Origin: Burkholderiales bacterium
Lineage (GTDB): Bacteria; Pseudomonadota; Gammaproteobacteria; Burkholderiales; SG8-39
Reading direction: 5' to 3'
Length of the DNA stretch: 64,000 nt
Assembly (NCBI GenBank): GCA_041558415.1
Contig: JBFFEY010000011.1
Location: 3,927 to 67,926 of the forward strand
Shown: in pieces, positions 62,990 through 64,000 of the stretch
Numbering within the stretch: position 1 is the first letter of the stretch
Layout of the letters: every line of letters begins with the position of its first letter
Notes under the pieces: generated by a model
What the model was told of the DNA's origin: nothing
Seen by the model: only the letters and a program-made list of their open reading frames with translations
Databases searched by the model: none
Program-made: the position numbers and the translations under genes

Positions 62990-64000
62990 CTACGTTCGCA
63001 GGAAGGCGAGCACTTCCTCCACGAAGCGGCCGAACGCGGGATCGTGCTCGAGAAGCATATGGTTCTTGCTCTGCAGGGGCACCAGTCGCGCTCCGGGAAT
63101 CCCCGCCGCCATGCGGCGCCCCAGGTCGAATGGCGCGCGCGCGTCATCGCGGGCGTGCAGCACCAGGGTCGGCACCCTGACTCGCGACAGCAGCGGCGCC
63201 ACGTCGACGTCGGCGACCGCCTGCAGATAGCGCACCGCGTTCTCGGGCGAGGTCGCGCGTCGCTGCAGCTCGTTGAACCAGTCGACCTGCTCGCGGCTCG
63301 CCTCCGGCATGAATTGCGAGGTGAACATCTGGCGAAAGGCCGGGTTGTCCTGGCCCCAGCCGAGCCGCGTCAGCGTCAGCATCGCGGCGAAAGCCTCCTT
63401 CTGGCTCTCTGGGGCTGCCCGCCGATTGATGCCTTGTGCGAAGCCGCCGTACAGCACGAGCTGCGACACGCGCTCGGGATGGCGCACCGCATACGCGATC
63501 GACACCGAGCAGCCCTGCGAGATACCGAGCAGCGCGAAGCGCTCGACCCCGGCGGCGTCCACCACGGTTTCCAGATCGCCGACCCAGGCGTCGAACGAAA
63601 TGTCCTCGACGTCCCAGTCCGACAGGCCGTTGGCGCGCGCGTCGTAGCGCAGCAGCGTGTGCTCCCTCGAGAGCGTGGTCCACAGGTGCCGCCGCGTAGG
63701 GCTCTCCATCTCGTATTCGAGGTGCGTCATCCAGTTGCCGGTCTTCACCAGTGGCGGACCGCTGCCGATCGACGCGTAGGCCAGCTGCACGCCGTCGCGC
63801 GCCGTGCAGAAGCGGATGTCCTGCTCGACGACGTCGGCCGCCGCGGCGGGCGTCGAGGCGGGCGCCGGGCCCGCCGCGCGCTTGACGCGGAATGCGCGCA
63901 CCGGCTCGGCGATGTTCTTCACCTTTTGCTCGCCCAGGTCTTCAAACGCCGCGACGACCTTGCCGCGCACGGCACCGCGTATCGAATCCGAGACCGCGAC
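62990..64000 (-). CDS. Adenylate/guanylate cyclase-like domain fused to alpha/beta hydrolase (3' part; start beyond window)
   Basis: DLGEQKVKNIAEPVRAF (end of class III cyclase-like domain), then YDARANGLSD, GISQG nucleophile elbow, VPTLVLH and HMLL. Frame open to the window end. Confidence 0.8.
   Translation of the reverse strand, partial: VAVSDSIRGAVRGKVVAAFEDLGEQKVKNIAEPVRAFRVKRAAGPAPASTPAAAADVVEQDIRFCTARDGVQLAYASIGSGPPLVKTGNWMTHLEYEMESPTRRHLWTTLSREHTLLRYDARANGLSDWDVEDISFDAWVGDLETVVDAAGVERFALLGISQGCSVSIAYAVRHPERVSQLVLYGGFAQGINRRAAPESQKEAFAAMLTLTRLGWGQDNPAFRQMFTSQFMPEASREQVDWFNELQRRATSPENAVRYLQAVADVDVAPLLSRVRVPTLVLHARDDARAPFDLGRRMAAGIPGARLVPLQSKNHMLLEHDPAFGRFVEEVLAFLRT

Overview
GC-rich bacterial chromosome segment, most likely a Betaproteobacterium judging from gene order and protein styles. 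Positions 1-38 kb are mostly conserved housekeeping clusters, nearly all on the minus strand: leuC-(small lipoprotein)-leuD-leuB-asd-fimV-truA-trpFBA-accD-folC-dedD-cvpA-purF-metZ, ndk-rlmN-pilW-rodZ-ispG-hisS-yfgM-bamB-der, and alkA-accA-tilS. Positions 38-64 kb are accessory metabolic and signalling genes. The main result is a selenium locus at 52.1-60.4 kb that the ORF track misses. selA-selB-selC(tRNA-Sec) is flanked on each side by a gene broken by an in-frame TGA at a redox-Cys-equivalent position. One is a peroxiredoxin-like protein (W-U-P-Y-C) followed by a DUF2182-like membrane protein. The other, divergent, is an ArsM-like SAM methyltransferase (W-T-A-U-I-A-G-G) followed by an EmrAB-type efflux pair. 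Both TGAs are followed by hairpins of identical SECIS-like geometry (10-nt spacer, 6-bp stem, 5-nt loop with GU). The last 16 codons of selB lie inside the tRNA-Sec gene. Other items: a SAM-II riboswitch with a terminator/antiterminator before metZ, twin TetR operators, an internally deleted ABM gene, a stand-alone FimV N-terminal-domain gene, a six-GAF orphan histidine kinase and an exported ankyrin protein/lipoprotein pair. I saw no rRNA, CRISPR array, transposase or integrase. All family calls are from motif recognition, not database searches.
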